DNA from: Paraspadella gotoi
Lineage: Eukaryota; Animalia; Chaetognatha
DNA length: 64,000 bases
Reading direction: 5' to 3'
Assembly (NCBI GenBank): GCA_051294375.1
Contig: CM119269.1
Span: forward strand, 17,594,265-17,658,264
Made by a program: the position numbers and the translations under genes. The notes under the pieces were generated by a model. It ran no database searches, had not been told where the DNA came from, and was given only the letters and a program-made list of their open reading frames with translations. Below, piece after piece: positions 30,168-43,628 of the stretch (position 1 is the first letter of the stretch; every line of letters begins with the position of its first letter).

Positions 30168-33094
30168 CCCACCATCCCCTTTCCAACCTCACCTTCATCT
30201 TCTTCAACAGGTCCAGCGTGGGTCCGTCGGCGCGCTTCAAGAGGTTGATGTCCTCGTGCGCCCAATCGGTCGTCCACACGAAGGTGAAGAGGGAGTCGTT
30301 TAAGCCGCGATGCGCCTCGAGGTTCTTGAGGTACCAATCGTAGACGACTTCGCCGTAGAGACGCCCGCGGAGGCAGGGGGAGTGGCCTGACCCGTGGATG
30401 GTGGACGAGAAGAATGGTGAAAAGAAAAATGATAGAAAATGTTAGGGAGGCGTGAAAGGTAATGAAATTAATAATTAAAAAAAATTGAATATAATAAAAA
30501 AATACGCAATTAATTCATTAATGATTATTTAATAATTTAAACTCCAACGTCCACATGACTCTCCTCTGCAACCTTCCAACCTTCCAACCACCGGCGACCC
30601 AAAAGCACCTCACTACCCCTTATCCTCTCATCGCACCTGGAATGCTCATGGCTTTCGCCAAGGGTTTGTAGACGTGGTCGATGTCCGAGTTGTCAAAGTC
30701 CCACGCCCACTTGGAGGCGTCCCAGTCGTCGCCGAAGAGGGTCCAATATCCGCGACGGGCGTAACCTTTCCAGACAAAGTTACTGCGGAAAGGCTTGCTC
30801 ATGTTAACCGGTTTGGGTCTACCCGTGAAAAGGGGAATCCAGTTGGGGATGGTGTTTAGGCCCACCTGGGTTGAGGTAAGATTGGTTGACGTTGTTGAAT
30901 TTTCCTCGATCGATAATACACTATAGTCGCTGTTGTCATTTTTCTTAAACTTTCCCATTATTTCTTTCATCGATTCCTTCATTCACATATTAATTTATTT
31001 CATTGATGCAATTCATTCATTCGCGAATTCGTTCCTTCACTCCTTTTCCCCTCGTCAATCGAACTTGCTTACGTATCCGCATTTCCCAAATAATTTATCA
31101 CCACTCACCCCCGACTCATTCCCGTCCGTACCAAGTCAAATGTCCTCACCTTGTTGTACCCGTAAAACTCTCTGGCTTTGAGGTCGCGAAGCAAAAAGTC
31201 GCGCGTTTTGGGCAGAAAACGAATGGAATTGAGTCGCGAGGCGGAATCAATCCCGACGATGTGCACGTTGAACCAGGGAGGGCTCGGCCGCGGCCCCGGC
31301 GGCAGCTGCGGCGGCGGCGGCGGCGTCGAAGGCGGGGAAGGCGACGGAGTGGTAAACGGTTCGGCAGAGGTCGGCGACGAAGACGACGACGAAGCCGACG
31401 TTGAAGAGGACGAGGCGTTTCCCGATTTGCTCCTCGATATCCCAGTCGAATTCTCCGCCTTCTTCTTTCCCTCCCCCTTTCCTCTCTTTCCCCCCTTTTC
31501 CTCCTTCACTTCCCCAATCTCCGCCCCCCACTCCTCGTCCCACCGCGTGATCTCCCTTTCCGTCCAATTCGCCCTCGCCTCCGCCTTGATGACCGCCTTC
31601 TCCGGATCGCGCCACGCGAGCGTCACGTAGGAGCCGAAGACAGTCGGGTCCCCGACGACAAAGGTGCTCGCTTTGACGCACGACGCGCGAACGTAACTAG
31701 CGTTGAGCGTCACGCGCGTCTTGGGGTCGAAGCGCACGGCGCGTAGGTCCTTCTTCTTGACGCCGGGGACGATGATGATGTAGGAGCAGGAGCGGATCTT
31801 GTAGCGCTTGATGAGAAGCGGGTCCACGTAGAGGACGTTGCCCTGGGGGGGATTTGGGGATCGTGGTGATGATAGAATCGGCAGTAACGTTTTGTAGAAT
31901 CGGGAGCGTGGTTGAGGTGAGATGGATTTTTAAATTTGCCGTTTAGTAAGTCGAGTTACTCTCGTTGATTTTTTAATTATTAATGTTTTCCCGCTCAATT
32001 TTTTACTGTATAATTCTTATATAATGGATATAATGGATAATTTTTATATTGGTTGTACCAATTTCATAAATCCATCCAACTTTCAATGGACGGTCAACGA
32101 TCAAGAGTCTGTTATTTACCGATTCAAAATGAGATTTAATCCGAACCACAAATTGCATTTCGGTCTGAATCTAATCAAGTTATAATTTTTTACTCCGGGA
32201 AACGTCATATTTTGAATATTAGAAGGTACGGTATTCTTCTTGTTTACTACTGGTTATAACGCCAGAAATTTGTTCCGTGTGCCCTTAATAAAGACGGGCC
32301 GAGACAGACGGACAAACGGACAAAAATAGAGACCGAAAGACGTAAAGACAGACAAACGGACAACCCTTCACCGCCTCCTCTACGAACCTCGGTCTTAAAC
32401 GCGGTCCTCGGCTTGGTGCAAATCTTCCTTTCCGGTTTCATCCGAAAGAAAGACGCTACGGAGGCGTGGAAGGGATCGAAGTCCAGGATGCGACACCCGG
32501 ATGTAGAGACGAGCGAACCGCGCGGGGTCACGCCCGTCGGGTCGCGTTCAGTCAGCAGCGTCATCATTGCCAAGATGACGACGGAGGCGACGATGACGAG
32601 GACGAAGAAACGGAAGCGGCAAGAGGATGAGGAGGATGAGGATTTCACGGCGAGCGTCATTTTGGCGCCTGCGATATGTTAACTAAATTGTAATAATGAA
32701 TGTTAGTAAGGTCATGTTTAATTAATCGTTAAAAGAGAAATGGCTACAGATTTCATCTGGCACGTTGAGGAACTATGGTAAGAAAAGCTCACGTGAATTC
32801 TCCGCTCAGCCTAAAAATGGAGATTGACACTCACCACTCACCAGTGCTAAGATGCCGCCGTCGGCCCAAGTGGGCGTAATTGCGGAGTCTGACGGAGATG
32901 ATCGAAGGGCGGCGCCGTGTAACGCCGAGTCTTCGCGGGTTCGACGCCGCTTCGCCGAAAGGCGCGAAGGCGTCGTTTCTCGAGCGATTCGGCGAGAGGC
33001 ACGCTATCTGTCGGCGATCGAAATAATGAAAAGTTCGATCGTCGAAAACTTCGTCGTCGACAGAGATCGACGTGAAAATTTCCGACGACGACAT
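28871..33094 (-). CDS. DUF229 family (alkaline phosphatase/sulfatase-like) type II membrane protein; exons ~33094-32842 (uncertain; alternative start 32660), 32668-32388, 31842-31150, 30865-30637, 30386-30193, 30033-29326, 29047-28871
   Basis: The spliced product has DUF229 motifs NVHIVGIDSASRLN, FYGYNK|VGLNTIPN, AHED, IFLSDHG, LVTAYDLHRTL, RTCVSAGIP..FCSC and C-terminal RLDTYG..SAC..FCYC, plus an N-terminal TM helix. All junctions are GT-AG and in phase. Confidence 0.88.
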
Positions 33095-34317
33095 TCCGGC
33101 CTTCTTCTATTTATATATTCTTTTTTTTTATTAACCGGGGTTAAAGACGGGAGGTCTAAACATATCTATTTTAGAAATATAGTAATTAAGTGACTTTTAT
33201 ACTTATGTATTTGGATTTTCAGCATCTTAAACCCCGGCAACGACGAAATTACAATAACTCGAGGCGGCTAAATTCCGTCTGGTAATATCCGAGGAGTCCC
33301 TGCTTCTCGGTAATAATTTTCCAAGAGTATATTTTATCTCAGGAAGATTATCTATTTGTTGAAGGTTTGGCCATCGTTGGGAAAACGGGAAACGACATTT
33401 CTATCGCTCGTAGGAAAGAGAAGTTTTTGATCGACAATTTGACGCTTATTCAACGCAAACCCGTTGATACAAGAACGAGTGATACCGTGTTCGTAATTGC
33501 TCTTTGTCGATATTTGAGACCAAATCGAAAATTAGTTAATATTTACATATTATAATTCTTGGTTTTTATTTTTATCTTTTGCCGCAAAGAACTTCGAATG
33601 TTATATTTTTCATCCGATGAGTGAAAAAGATATTAGTAAAAATATGTAATAGAAAAATATTTTATTTTGGCTTTCTCGCGAATGACACTTACATGAATTC
33701 TAGTTCGTCGAAGGTTGGGAAAGTATAATTATGAAAAAAGAAAGTTTTATATTACTTTTTTTTAAATGCGAGAAGTTGTCGATCTTTTGTTATTGTCTTT
33801 TTAAGTAGTATACATCAACGGAGTTAACCCTTATTAAAAGTTTCAAAATAAGTAATTGACGGACATCGTTTTTAAATTGGGAATTATACTATATTCTGAT
33901 TGTGCTAATTTTTTTTCCGCGACCGTGAGAATTCCAGGCTGCTCATCCAAAAGATTCCAAGGACGGGAAAAGGTCACGCAATCATAATACACGAGGCACA
34001 AAAATCTGCTTTGTCGTCGCCGCTTTAGATTATTTTTCTTCTTTTTTCTTTTCTTTGTAAAAAGAAAAAGAAACAAGAACGGTAATTCAAATGTGTTGCG
34101 ACGCAGTGACTGCCTTATCACGTATATTTTTTGTGATATGACATGACGTGATATGACTACATGACTTCAATAACTTTCTTAGCCCGTGTATTCCTGACAG
34201 CACTACATCGGAATTTTTATTCTTTATAGTTTTAGGATTTCCTGAAGGCGACACTAGCAGTATCTTAGATTTGATGTCTTGACAAATGGGAAACCAACTA
34301 TATGCATGTTTGAACGT

Positions 34318-34410
34318 AAGTGGGACAGACCGGACAGACATACCGACCGACGGACCGACCAAAAAATGACTTAAAGAGTTGCTCCGCGAGTACTCGCAGC
34401 GCAACTAAAG
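34318..34410 (+). mobile_element. Helitron/HINE-like 3' end remnant
   Basis: GACA/GACC microsatellite followed by the hairpin agttgc-tccgcgagtactcgcagc-gcaact; the leader aagtgggacagac recurs at 25551. Family assignment is inferred from the architecture only. Confidence 0.4.
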
Positions 34411-35195
34411 AAGGGGGGGACGGACTTCGTCGCGTGCAGAAAAAGTCTTCGTGCTTCGTATCGATTCATCTTTCGAACGAAGGATCAAGACTGGATTCAG
34501 GTGCAGCGTCGCTCGGCATCAATGGACGAGGGGAAAAACTGGCAATGATATTTGTAACGCTTCGGATGAGGAATACTATTTACTGATCCGTCTCGATTGG
34601 AAATGCAAAAAAAATCGTATTCAGATTGGATCCTGAAACTTTCCTTACCAGGACCAGAGCCTCGGCCTGTGTCAGCACCCAGACTATTTGCTTTTTAACG
34701 AATTATTGGTCAATGTTTCTCCGTCATTGTTTCATATAGAACTATCATAAGCCAATCGATAAATCGGTCTTTCGTGACTGGCCGCATTGCGTTTAGCCGA
34801 TAGAAAGGGATTTTGTTGTTATTTGGGCAAAATTTCATTGGCGACACGAAATTTCTGAGTAAATGACTTGCATTCAACCGGATGGATTCATATTTAGAAC
34901 TTTATAAAAACCGTTTTTAGGATTAACTAATATATTTTCTGAAGCGTGATAAGTCTATTTACTGTGGTCAGAAAAAAAAAGTAAATAATATATATATCTT
35001 AACTTACCTATTTAAACTCACATCCGGTTGGTAATTTAGCAAAAATTTTTAGTCGAAAAATTTGAATTTCCAGATTTGAGAACATCGACAGATTTTTACG
35101 TTGGCAGTCAAAGTCGTCTCTGTGGTCGCCGTCGTCGTTGTCATCGTCGTCGTGCAATAGCGCATGAGCCGGTGAACGTGAGTCTCACTGATGCA

Positions 35196-35280
<85 letters not shown>

Positions 35281-36913
35281 GTTAGAAATTTAGAATCTTT
35301 TTCTCGCTCTCGTTCTCTCTTCCGCAGTAAATAAAAGAACAAACAATTGTTTCGGAAACGAAGCGTAAAATACATAAAAACTTTTTTTGAAGGCTTTTAA
35401 TATTTAAGGCCTGATCATTCAAACAAGAATTGCATAAAGCTTTGTACAATTTATTATTATGTCAAAGAAAGTGTATTCCCTTCATGTTTCAAAAAAAAAA
35501 AACTCTAAATTTGATTAAGGTTTAGCTTCAAGAGGCAACTAAAATCGGGCAATTTTTTTTATCAGTAAACCTTAAAAATTTCATCCAACACGGTAAAGTC
35601 ATTTTAAACGCAAATTTTTAATTTTTTTTTTCAATTAACAGCACCTACCTCAGTGTAATACTAACAACTAAAACCAAGTCATTCCAATTATGTTATAGAA
35701 TCAATTAATGATGAAAACATAAACGTTATATAGAGAGAGAGCAGAACGCTTATATGAGGATGTCTATTATCATTTTATTACAAAAAAGAATGATTAAAAA
35801 TTGTAAAATTTTAAAATTCAAAGACATTCGTCCCCTGGCATCTGAAGTTGGGTCCACTTTGATAACAACCCTCAATGGTGCCCTCGACTGCCACAGATTC
35901 CACAGACGAACCAGCCTCATGCTCTGCTTTTGACATTTAATTTCTGTTCCCCAGGTTCAAAGCTGGTTCAAAACAAGACTGAGAAAAAAATAAATAAACA
36001 CTTTCAGCATTCCTCCTTGTTTACTGACTGCTTTCCCCAGCCACAGCCATTTGTTAATTTAAAAAAAATTGTACAAAATTTGGATAAAACTTTAAAGATC
36101 GGTAAAGCCATCATTTAAACTAGAAATGAAAATAGATTTCGGAAAAAGCGTATCGATTTTTAAAGTTCTTTGCTCGACTTTCAGTTCTGTAAAATCTACA
36201 GAAAAAAAATAAAAATAAAAAATAAATAAACAAAAAGAGTTGGAGCTAAAACCGTTTGAAATAAAAATAAACTAAAATTATTTTTTATAAGTATGGAAAG
36301 GTGGAAAAATTCTATGAGAGGATTTTGGAAAATGTTACTAGTTTTCAAGATATAAAGAATTTAATGCCAAAATTTTCTTATTCTTTTTTTTTTCTTATGA
36401 AGATAAGTGAATTTGAAAAATCCCTCTCATAGAATTGGGACCCTTGTCCTCAAGTAAATTTATGTAAAATTTCATGAAAATCCGCTTAGCCGTTTGGGCC
36501 GCAACTCTTCCGAAAGGTTTCTTTTTATTTATATAGTATTATAAAATTCGAAAAAAACAGCAATGGATTCGAAGAGAAGATAAAGTGAATACATTTTCAG
36601 AATCAACTGGACCTCTACTTTTCGAATACAAGCTTTATTTAATCCTAATTATAACTTTTGGCCAGTGATCCCAGGCCTTAAAGAGAATCCTTGAAATTGC
36701 TTTAAAATTAATAACAATTCAACGTTGTATTAATTCTATTCATAACTATTCGGAGTTTTTTAAAGACTAAAGTGGTGACGAGAGATTTGAAATTTGATCT
36801 ACAGTATAGATGAATCCTGAGAGGTTTCGGGAATTCAAAAATAACAGGAGAGTTAGAGAGATAGTACTAGAGAGAGATGAGAGAGAATGGAGAGAGAAGA
36901 TAGAGGAGAGAGA

Positions 36914-36982
<69 letters not shown>

Positions 36983-37144
36983 CGTGCATGATCGATGTAA
37001 ATATTTATCGATATTTTTCACAATCTTACAAACAAATATTTAAAAAGTTTACGTATTTTATTGAGTTTTACGTTCTATTAATAATAAGGTAAATTTTTTT
37101 CCCTAATAAACAGGCCCCTTCCCCTCTCCAGCCACGCCCAGTCG

Positions 37145-40100
37145 TCAAGAGAGATCGTCCAAGAGTTTGTCGCGCTCTGTCTCCTTCGGGTCTTGACTCT
37201 GTCTCGCTCTGAATTTGTAGAGCGAAGTGACGACGACGGCGAGGATGATGAGACCCGAGCCGAGACCTTCGCTCCAGTGAAGAACCTTAAGGCGGAATAG
37301 TAAGGCTGAGGCGGGGGAGGCACAGAGGATGATCAAAATGGAGGACGGCGGGAAAATGACTCGCAGAATCATCACTCTCTCTACGTACGTACTCGAGTTT
37401 TTTTTTCTCTTTTTTTCATATGGATTTTATTAAATGTATTTAAAAAAAAATCTCTATAAGTCGCAATGCAAGATAAAAGCTAAAAGGGAGTTTCAGCCTA
37501 CTTTTGCACCAATTTATTGATCTCAGAGACAACTCCTTTACCCAATATTATCAATTATGCAGCCATTTGGTACTCAGAAGGTTCAGTTACAATGTGAAGG
37601 ACCGTCATTTCCCTGTGAGAAGATTAACAAGGTTCAATCATTAACAAAATAGAAAAAAATATGAAAAAAAGTGTGACAAATTTTTTTACTGTATGTTTTC
37701 GAAATTATGGTACTGTCACAAAATGGTTTAAAAAACGCATTTTTAATACATATTCTGTTAGAGCAGACCAAGCCCTTACCTCTACATATTTTTTTGCGAC
37801 AATTTTGAATCAGGGCTTGTTCATAATCAATTAATATATCAGAAATTTGGACTGACAAACAGATTTTTACTTTTTATCAAATATTTTACTTTTTTGCACT
37901 GATGTCTTTGTTATGAGAAAAAAAACGAAAATGGAAGGTAGTAGTAGTAAATCTATGTTGGTGTGATCATTCATGATAAATTTGAATAAAAAATATGCAT
38001 AACTTTGATGATAGGACATTTTTCTTTAATAAAAAAAATTGAATTTCCAGTTTTTCGAAAGTATTATTTTTTGCGTTCATAATTATAATTAAAGAAAACG
38101 CGTAAACATTTTGCATTTCTAAAAACATCAGATTGGAGGTAATCAATTTGCGCAAAATCTGATGTTTTTTATTTTTTGATATTTTTATTTTTTATGCAAA
38201 AACATAATTATGAATGAGCCTTGGTCAAATCAATTTTTTTTATCATTTTTTCATATAAGCCTGACTTTTTTGCCCTGATATCTTTTCTACAAAAAGACCT
38301 ATGGATTTGGAGGGTAGTAGCCATAAATCTATATTTTTATGATAATCATGATTAATTTGGAATAAAAATATATACAACTTTGAAGACAGGGCATTTTTAT
38401 TTATTAAAATAATTGAATTTTTTTAGTTGAAAAAAAGCAGAATTTTTTTGTTCATAATTAAGAATAAAGAAACGAGCAAACATTTTTATATTCTAAAAAC
38501 ATCAGATTGGAGATAATTATTTTTGGCCAAATCTGATGTTTTTCATTTTTTTTAAATTTTCATTTTTTATGCAAAAATATAATTATCATGATCATTGGTC
38601 AAACCAATTTTTTAAATCTTTTTCTTATACAAGACTGACTTTCTTTAACTGATGTCTTTTCATTAAACAGGTTGAGCAAACAATGTCGGATCTGCTTACG
38701 ATAATTAAGTGGCATAATTTGGTCAATTGGCATAATTTGGTCAACTGACATAATTTTGTCAGCTGCATAATTTGGTCAACTGACAAAATTTAGTCAACTG
38801 ACATAATTTGTCAACTGAAATAATTTAGTCAACTGACTTAATTTGTTTAACTGACATAATTTGGTTAACTGACATAATTTGTTCAAACTGACATAATTTG
38901 GTCAACTGACATAATTTGGTCAACTGACTTAATTGGGTTAAAGACATAATTTGGTCAACTGACATAATTTGCTCAACTAACATAATTTGGTCAACTGACA
39001 TAATTTGATTAACTGACATAATTTGTTCAACTGACATAATTTGGTCAACTGACATAATTTGGTCAATTAACATGATTTGGTCAACCGGCATAATTTGGTC
39101 AACTGGCATAATTTTATCCACTGGCATAATTTGGTCAACTGGCATAATTTTATCAACTGGCATAATTTGGTCAACTTGCAGAATTTAGTCAACTGGCATA
39201 ATTTGGTCAACTGGCAAATTTGGTCAACTTGCAGAATTTGGTCAACTGGCAATTTCTATCAATTGGCATAATTTGGTCATTAAATCTATCAATCAATCAA
39301 TCAATCAGAGAGAGATTGAGAGAAACTTTAAAAAAATCAAATACATGTATTTTTTTGGTTTTCTAATTTGAACTCTTTTCCACTCCTACGAGTCCATCAA
39401 AAAAATTATATCCAGCTTTATCACATACTCACATACTCATGCGTTAGATTTCTTAAAAGTTTTCCAAATGCTCCGTTATAAAAAGATAAAAATGCAATAA
39501 TCTCATTTGCATATTGCAGTAAAAAGAAATAATCTTTAAAAAAAATATACATAATATATAATTTTTCTTTCAGGTTTAAAACGCTTATAACTATATGTGT
39601 GTTTATTTATGGATTTCAAAGCGTATTAAGAAAGACTTATTTTTTTTAACAAAAAAAAATGAATTTGAAAAAAAAATACCTTGTCAAAGTGAAAAAAAGA
39701 TAGATGTGAAAACAGAATCCCAGCCAGAAATTCAGAAATTGACAAAAATTGATCGAAATAACTTTTTACACAATGGCAAAGTTTAGTTCCAATAATATTT
39801 ATGGGTAATAGATTTTTAAATTATTCACTGTATTTTACTGTATCTCGATAGCCTGTAACAATTTTGCATAGATTTTTTAGGATAACTTCTGTAAAGCCTC
39901 AGGGAATAAAAAAAAATATTCAGATGGGATAAAATCAATAATATTTTTTTTCGCCTCGGTGGAACTCTCTTTCAGCTTTTAGCTTGCATTGCGTCATAAC
40001 CCCCTTCACAGATAGAAATTAATCTTCGCTCCAAATCACCTCTCCGAAGAAGATAAAGGAATAAAGGGATGTTGCAGGAATGGTCGCAGTGTAGAAAACG

Positions 40101-42694
40101 TTTCCCAAGACGCCCGTCAACCCGGGCATGAAGGCTTCGTACTCTTGGCATCTTAAGTAAAACGATCAATACCCTTGATGCTGAAGTTTTTGATGGATGG
40201 ATATCTATTTACTCTAATTAATTCATTATTTATTGTTTAATTTTCATTAACAAATTTACATATCAAGTAGGTATGATGACACTGGCTAGGAGAACAACAA
40301 AATATAATGTCCTGTGGCGGTATAATCACACCGACTCACATCCACCATCGTTCAGCCAATCCCATTGGCTCAGAGGGAGAATGCACCATCCCAGGCTCCA
40401 TCCACAGTTCTAACGACTTCCGTCTGCATTGGTAAAGAGGGACCGTCAGAGGGTAACCGCGCCAGTGACAGGAGGCGTCACTGAGGGTCGGAAGCTCCCA
40501 AAGCCAACGGTGAGATGCCCCATCCTAATGGGCTGTTGCCATAGTCCAATGTTTAATGTTCAATAATATTTAGTCGCTATGATATAAAACGTCGTATTTA
40601 AATTTCTGCTTCAATTAAAGTTTATTTGCCGACGAAACACAAGCAGACGCTCCACCTGTAAATTGATGTGATGCGGACGAGATTGAGAATCGGACCGCAA
40701 GAAACGGCCGTCGCCGCGCCCACCCACGTCACATCCGGCGAAAAGTCCCACTCATGGGCGAAGACGAAAAACGAGATGGAAATGGCGCCCGTGACGCACG
40801 TGCGGACGGCGAGGTAGCAGCACCTGCGGAAAAGCGTGAAAGATCGTTTGATTGGTGGATGATTATGATATGTCCAGTAGGGTGGAGCGATGAAAAAATT
40901 GAACAAAAATTTTTTTACTGCATTTATATATGTAATTAACGAATTTATTTTCAAAATAACGTTTTTTATTTTTAAGAACAGATTCGGATTCGCCATAAAG
41001 AAATTATTAAAACGTTTTAGCATATGTATCCTACACAGAATGGAAAAAAATCATGAATTTTAACCTCTTTTCTGTTTTTAATGCTGAAGCCGGAATAATT
41101 TTTATTATTATTATTTTATATTTTTGACCTAACTTTTTATGAGGAATTTGAATCTTTAAAAAAATTAAAAATAAAAATTAATTTTAAATTTTATTATTTT
41201 TTTATGATATTATTGTGTTAATTTCTCTCTTTTTGATATTATTATAAAAATAATAATATGAATAAAATAAGAACAAAATATTTTTTTATTTATTAATCTT
41301 ACAACAGCATGATTTTTTACGTATGTAACATTTCGTGATAGTATATTTATGCAACCGTAAAATTAAGGCAAAATTTTACATACTATACATTTTAAATTTA
41401 ACTAAGTTTTGATTGGTTATAACTACGTAGAACATTAAAAGGTAAAAAAAATCTAAAGTTGATTGACAAATATGATGAGTTCATTGGGGCCTAAAAATTC
41501 GGGCTATAAAATGAGCCATAATTTAAGTATCTAGGGTGAAGGGACTCTGAGATATCGCCACAGGACATGTTACAATTGAGAAAAATCGTACTGTATATCA
41601 CGTCTAATTATCCTTGTTTTTTCACTCAAATAAATTTTTGTTTCTCGAGAGCTCCACGATTAAGTTCAGTGAATGATAGACCGACCAGTGAATGTGACTG
41701 TAGGCGCCGAGTATGAAGAGAACGAACATCCCCGAAACGCCGAGAAGGAGAGCGAAGATGTAGGCCTGAGGAGGAACGACCATGTGGGTCGTCGACTAGA
41801 AAGGGGGGGGAATTTAAATGGAGGGCATCGGATAATTGTATAATATTATAATATACAATAAAATTATCTAACTTGCTTGCTGACTTTGGATATTGTAGGT
41901 AAATGAATAATTTTTACGTATATCGTATATAATTTATATAATGTGAATGTCAATTTCTACTTTTCTCCTTTCCTTCTCTCCTTTCCTCCTCCCTTCCTCC
42001 TCTCCTCCTCCTCCATCAACCGTCCTTCAACCCTTTCCTTCTCCATCGAACCTCGAACAAAAAAGTGGGCCTGGTGATGAGCACGACGCCGAGAACGGCG
42101 ACGACGACGCAGACGACGTCGACGACGACGACGCACTTCCGCTGCAGCAGAGCCGCTACGAACGGAGCCGCAAGGACGCCGCAGACTTCCAGCGCCGCCA
42201 GGTCTCCGAGGGGCATGACGCGGCTTAGATTAGTAAGTCTTACTTAACCAATCGGATCAAATAATCAATCAATCAAACCATTAAATTCAAACAAAACAAA
42301 CAAATCAATAAATACATATTATTCATAAGGCCAATTTATCCTCGATTGGTTTGTTTAAACCTTTTTTTTTTTAACGCCGTTGACCCACCTACTAGGTGTC
42401 CCGCCAGCCTCACCTGCAGTAGGTATAGGGAATGAGCTGACCCGAGATGATGAGACCCAAAAGGGCGAAGGCCAACCCTTCCTTCCAAGTCCTCACGTTC
42501 CACTCTTTCCACACGAGAGGCAGACAGGGCAGGAAGGCGACGATCTCCCCGCCCCACATAAGCAGGTAAGTCTGCGAAAGGGTGAGTCCCGTCGCCGCGC
42601 GCATCAGCGGTCCCACGATCGCCCAGAGAGCCACGTGGCACGCGTTGAGGACCACGCCCTGCCAGAGACGGTTTCCGGAGGCGGACATTGTCAT
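37145..42694 (-). CDS. SLC35G/EamA-like (drug/metabolite transporter superfamily) membrane transporter; exons ~42694-42414, 42223-42052, 41795-41686, 40823-40656, ~37376-37145
   Basis: Multiple TM helices; MPLGDL...APF...GVVLITRPTFLF resembles the SLC35G motif (PLGDA...GVILI.RPPFLFG). The first three junctions are in phase; the last acceptor is uncertain. Confidence 0.75.
37930..38660. repeat. Diverged ~375-bp tandem duplicate in the SLC35G intron, each unit with an internal inverted repeat
   Basis: 37930-38290 aligns with 38306-38660; both contain aaaaacatcagatt ... aatctgatgttttt. Confidence 0.8.
38710..39280. repeat. 18-bp minisatellite (cataatttggtcaactga/gg), ~30 copies
   Basis: Visible tandem units; explains the MSVDQI-repeat ORFs. 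Confidence 0.95.
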
Positions 42695-43628
42695 TTCGTT
42701 GGGAGGGGAATTTGGGGATGGAGAAATCGTTCGTGTTGCGTTCGGAAGTGTGTCGAACTTCGCGGGGTGAAGATTGGAGAAAATTTTAAAAATTCGAAAA
42801 ATAAACAAAAATTCATTTATTTCTCTTTTTAAGTTAATTTTGGTTTTATTTTTTATTTCAAAACGTTCTTGCAGAACTACGATCTTTATTGAAGTGAATA
42901 TATCTGGTTAATTTATGCCACTTTATATTAACGGATTTGTTTATCGCATTATTTATTTTCGGAGCACCGGATAAACCAATTCGTCTCGATGCTGCGTGAG
43001 AGAATTCAAGAAAGGCGCAGGTTTTTTAGGTGAAACGAATCGATTTTTTGTTCTACTGTGATTATAATGAGGAGAGCTCGACTGGCTGCGTGCTTGGGTG
43101 TACGATTATGCGTGTGGATAATTTCATGCATCTCAGCGTTTCGGCGTTACCTTTATTGAACTCATGCCATGGCGATAGAACTTTGATTCTAACTTTTATT
43201 GTGTTTTTAAAAAAATATCTTTCAATTTTTCAAAACTATTTTTTTTTTACTTCGTTACTTAAAATAAATTAGAATTGCATTGAAAAACTGCACTTATCGC
43301 CTTAAATCTAAAAAAAAAGTGTAAAAAGAGTTTTTTTTTATTACTATTAAACTCATAACGAAAAGTAAACAATCTAAAATTAAATCCGAAGAAAACTTCT
43401 CAGCGCTTTTGGAATTGAGAACGATATTGCAAATATTGAAAAATTAAAAAGACAAAATAATTTTGGTGTTCAATTTGTGATGTGTTTTTCAGAGACATCA
43501 TTTTTCAGAAATACAGAGACTAGTATAAAACCCAACAAAAAAATAACAAGAAAAGTAAAGCTTCAGAACATAAACGCAATCTCCGAAAAATTAATGCTCC
43601 TTAAGAATCTGGAATGTGTCTTCAAGAG

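Noticed and set aside
38710-39280. CRISPR-like array or repeat-protein ORFs
   Set aside because: Head-to-tail 18-bp units with no unique spacers, no cas genes, and a eukaryotic intron context.
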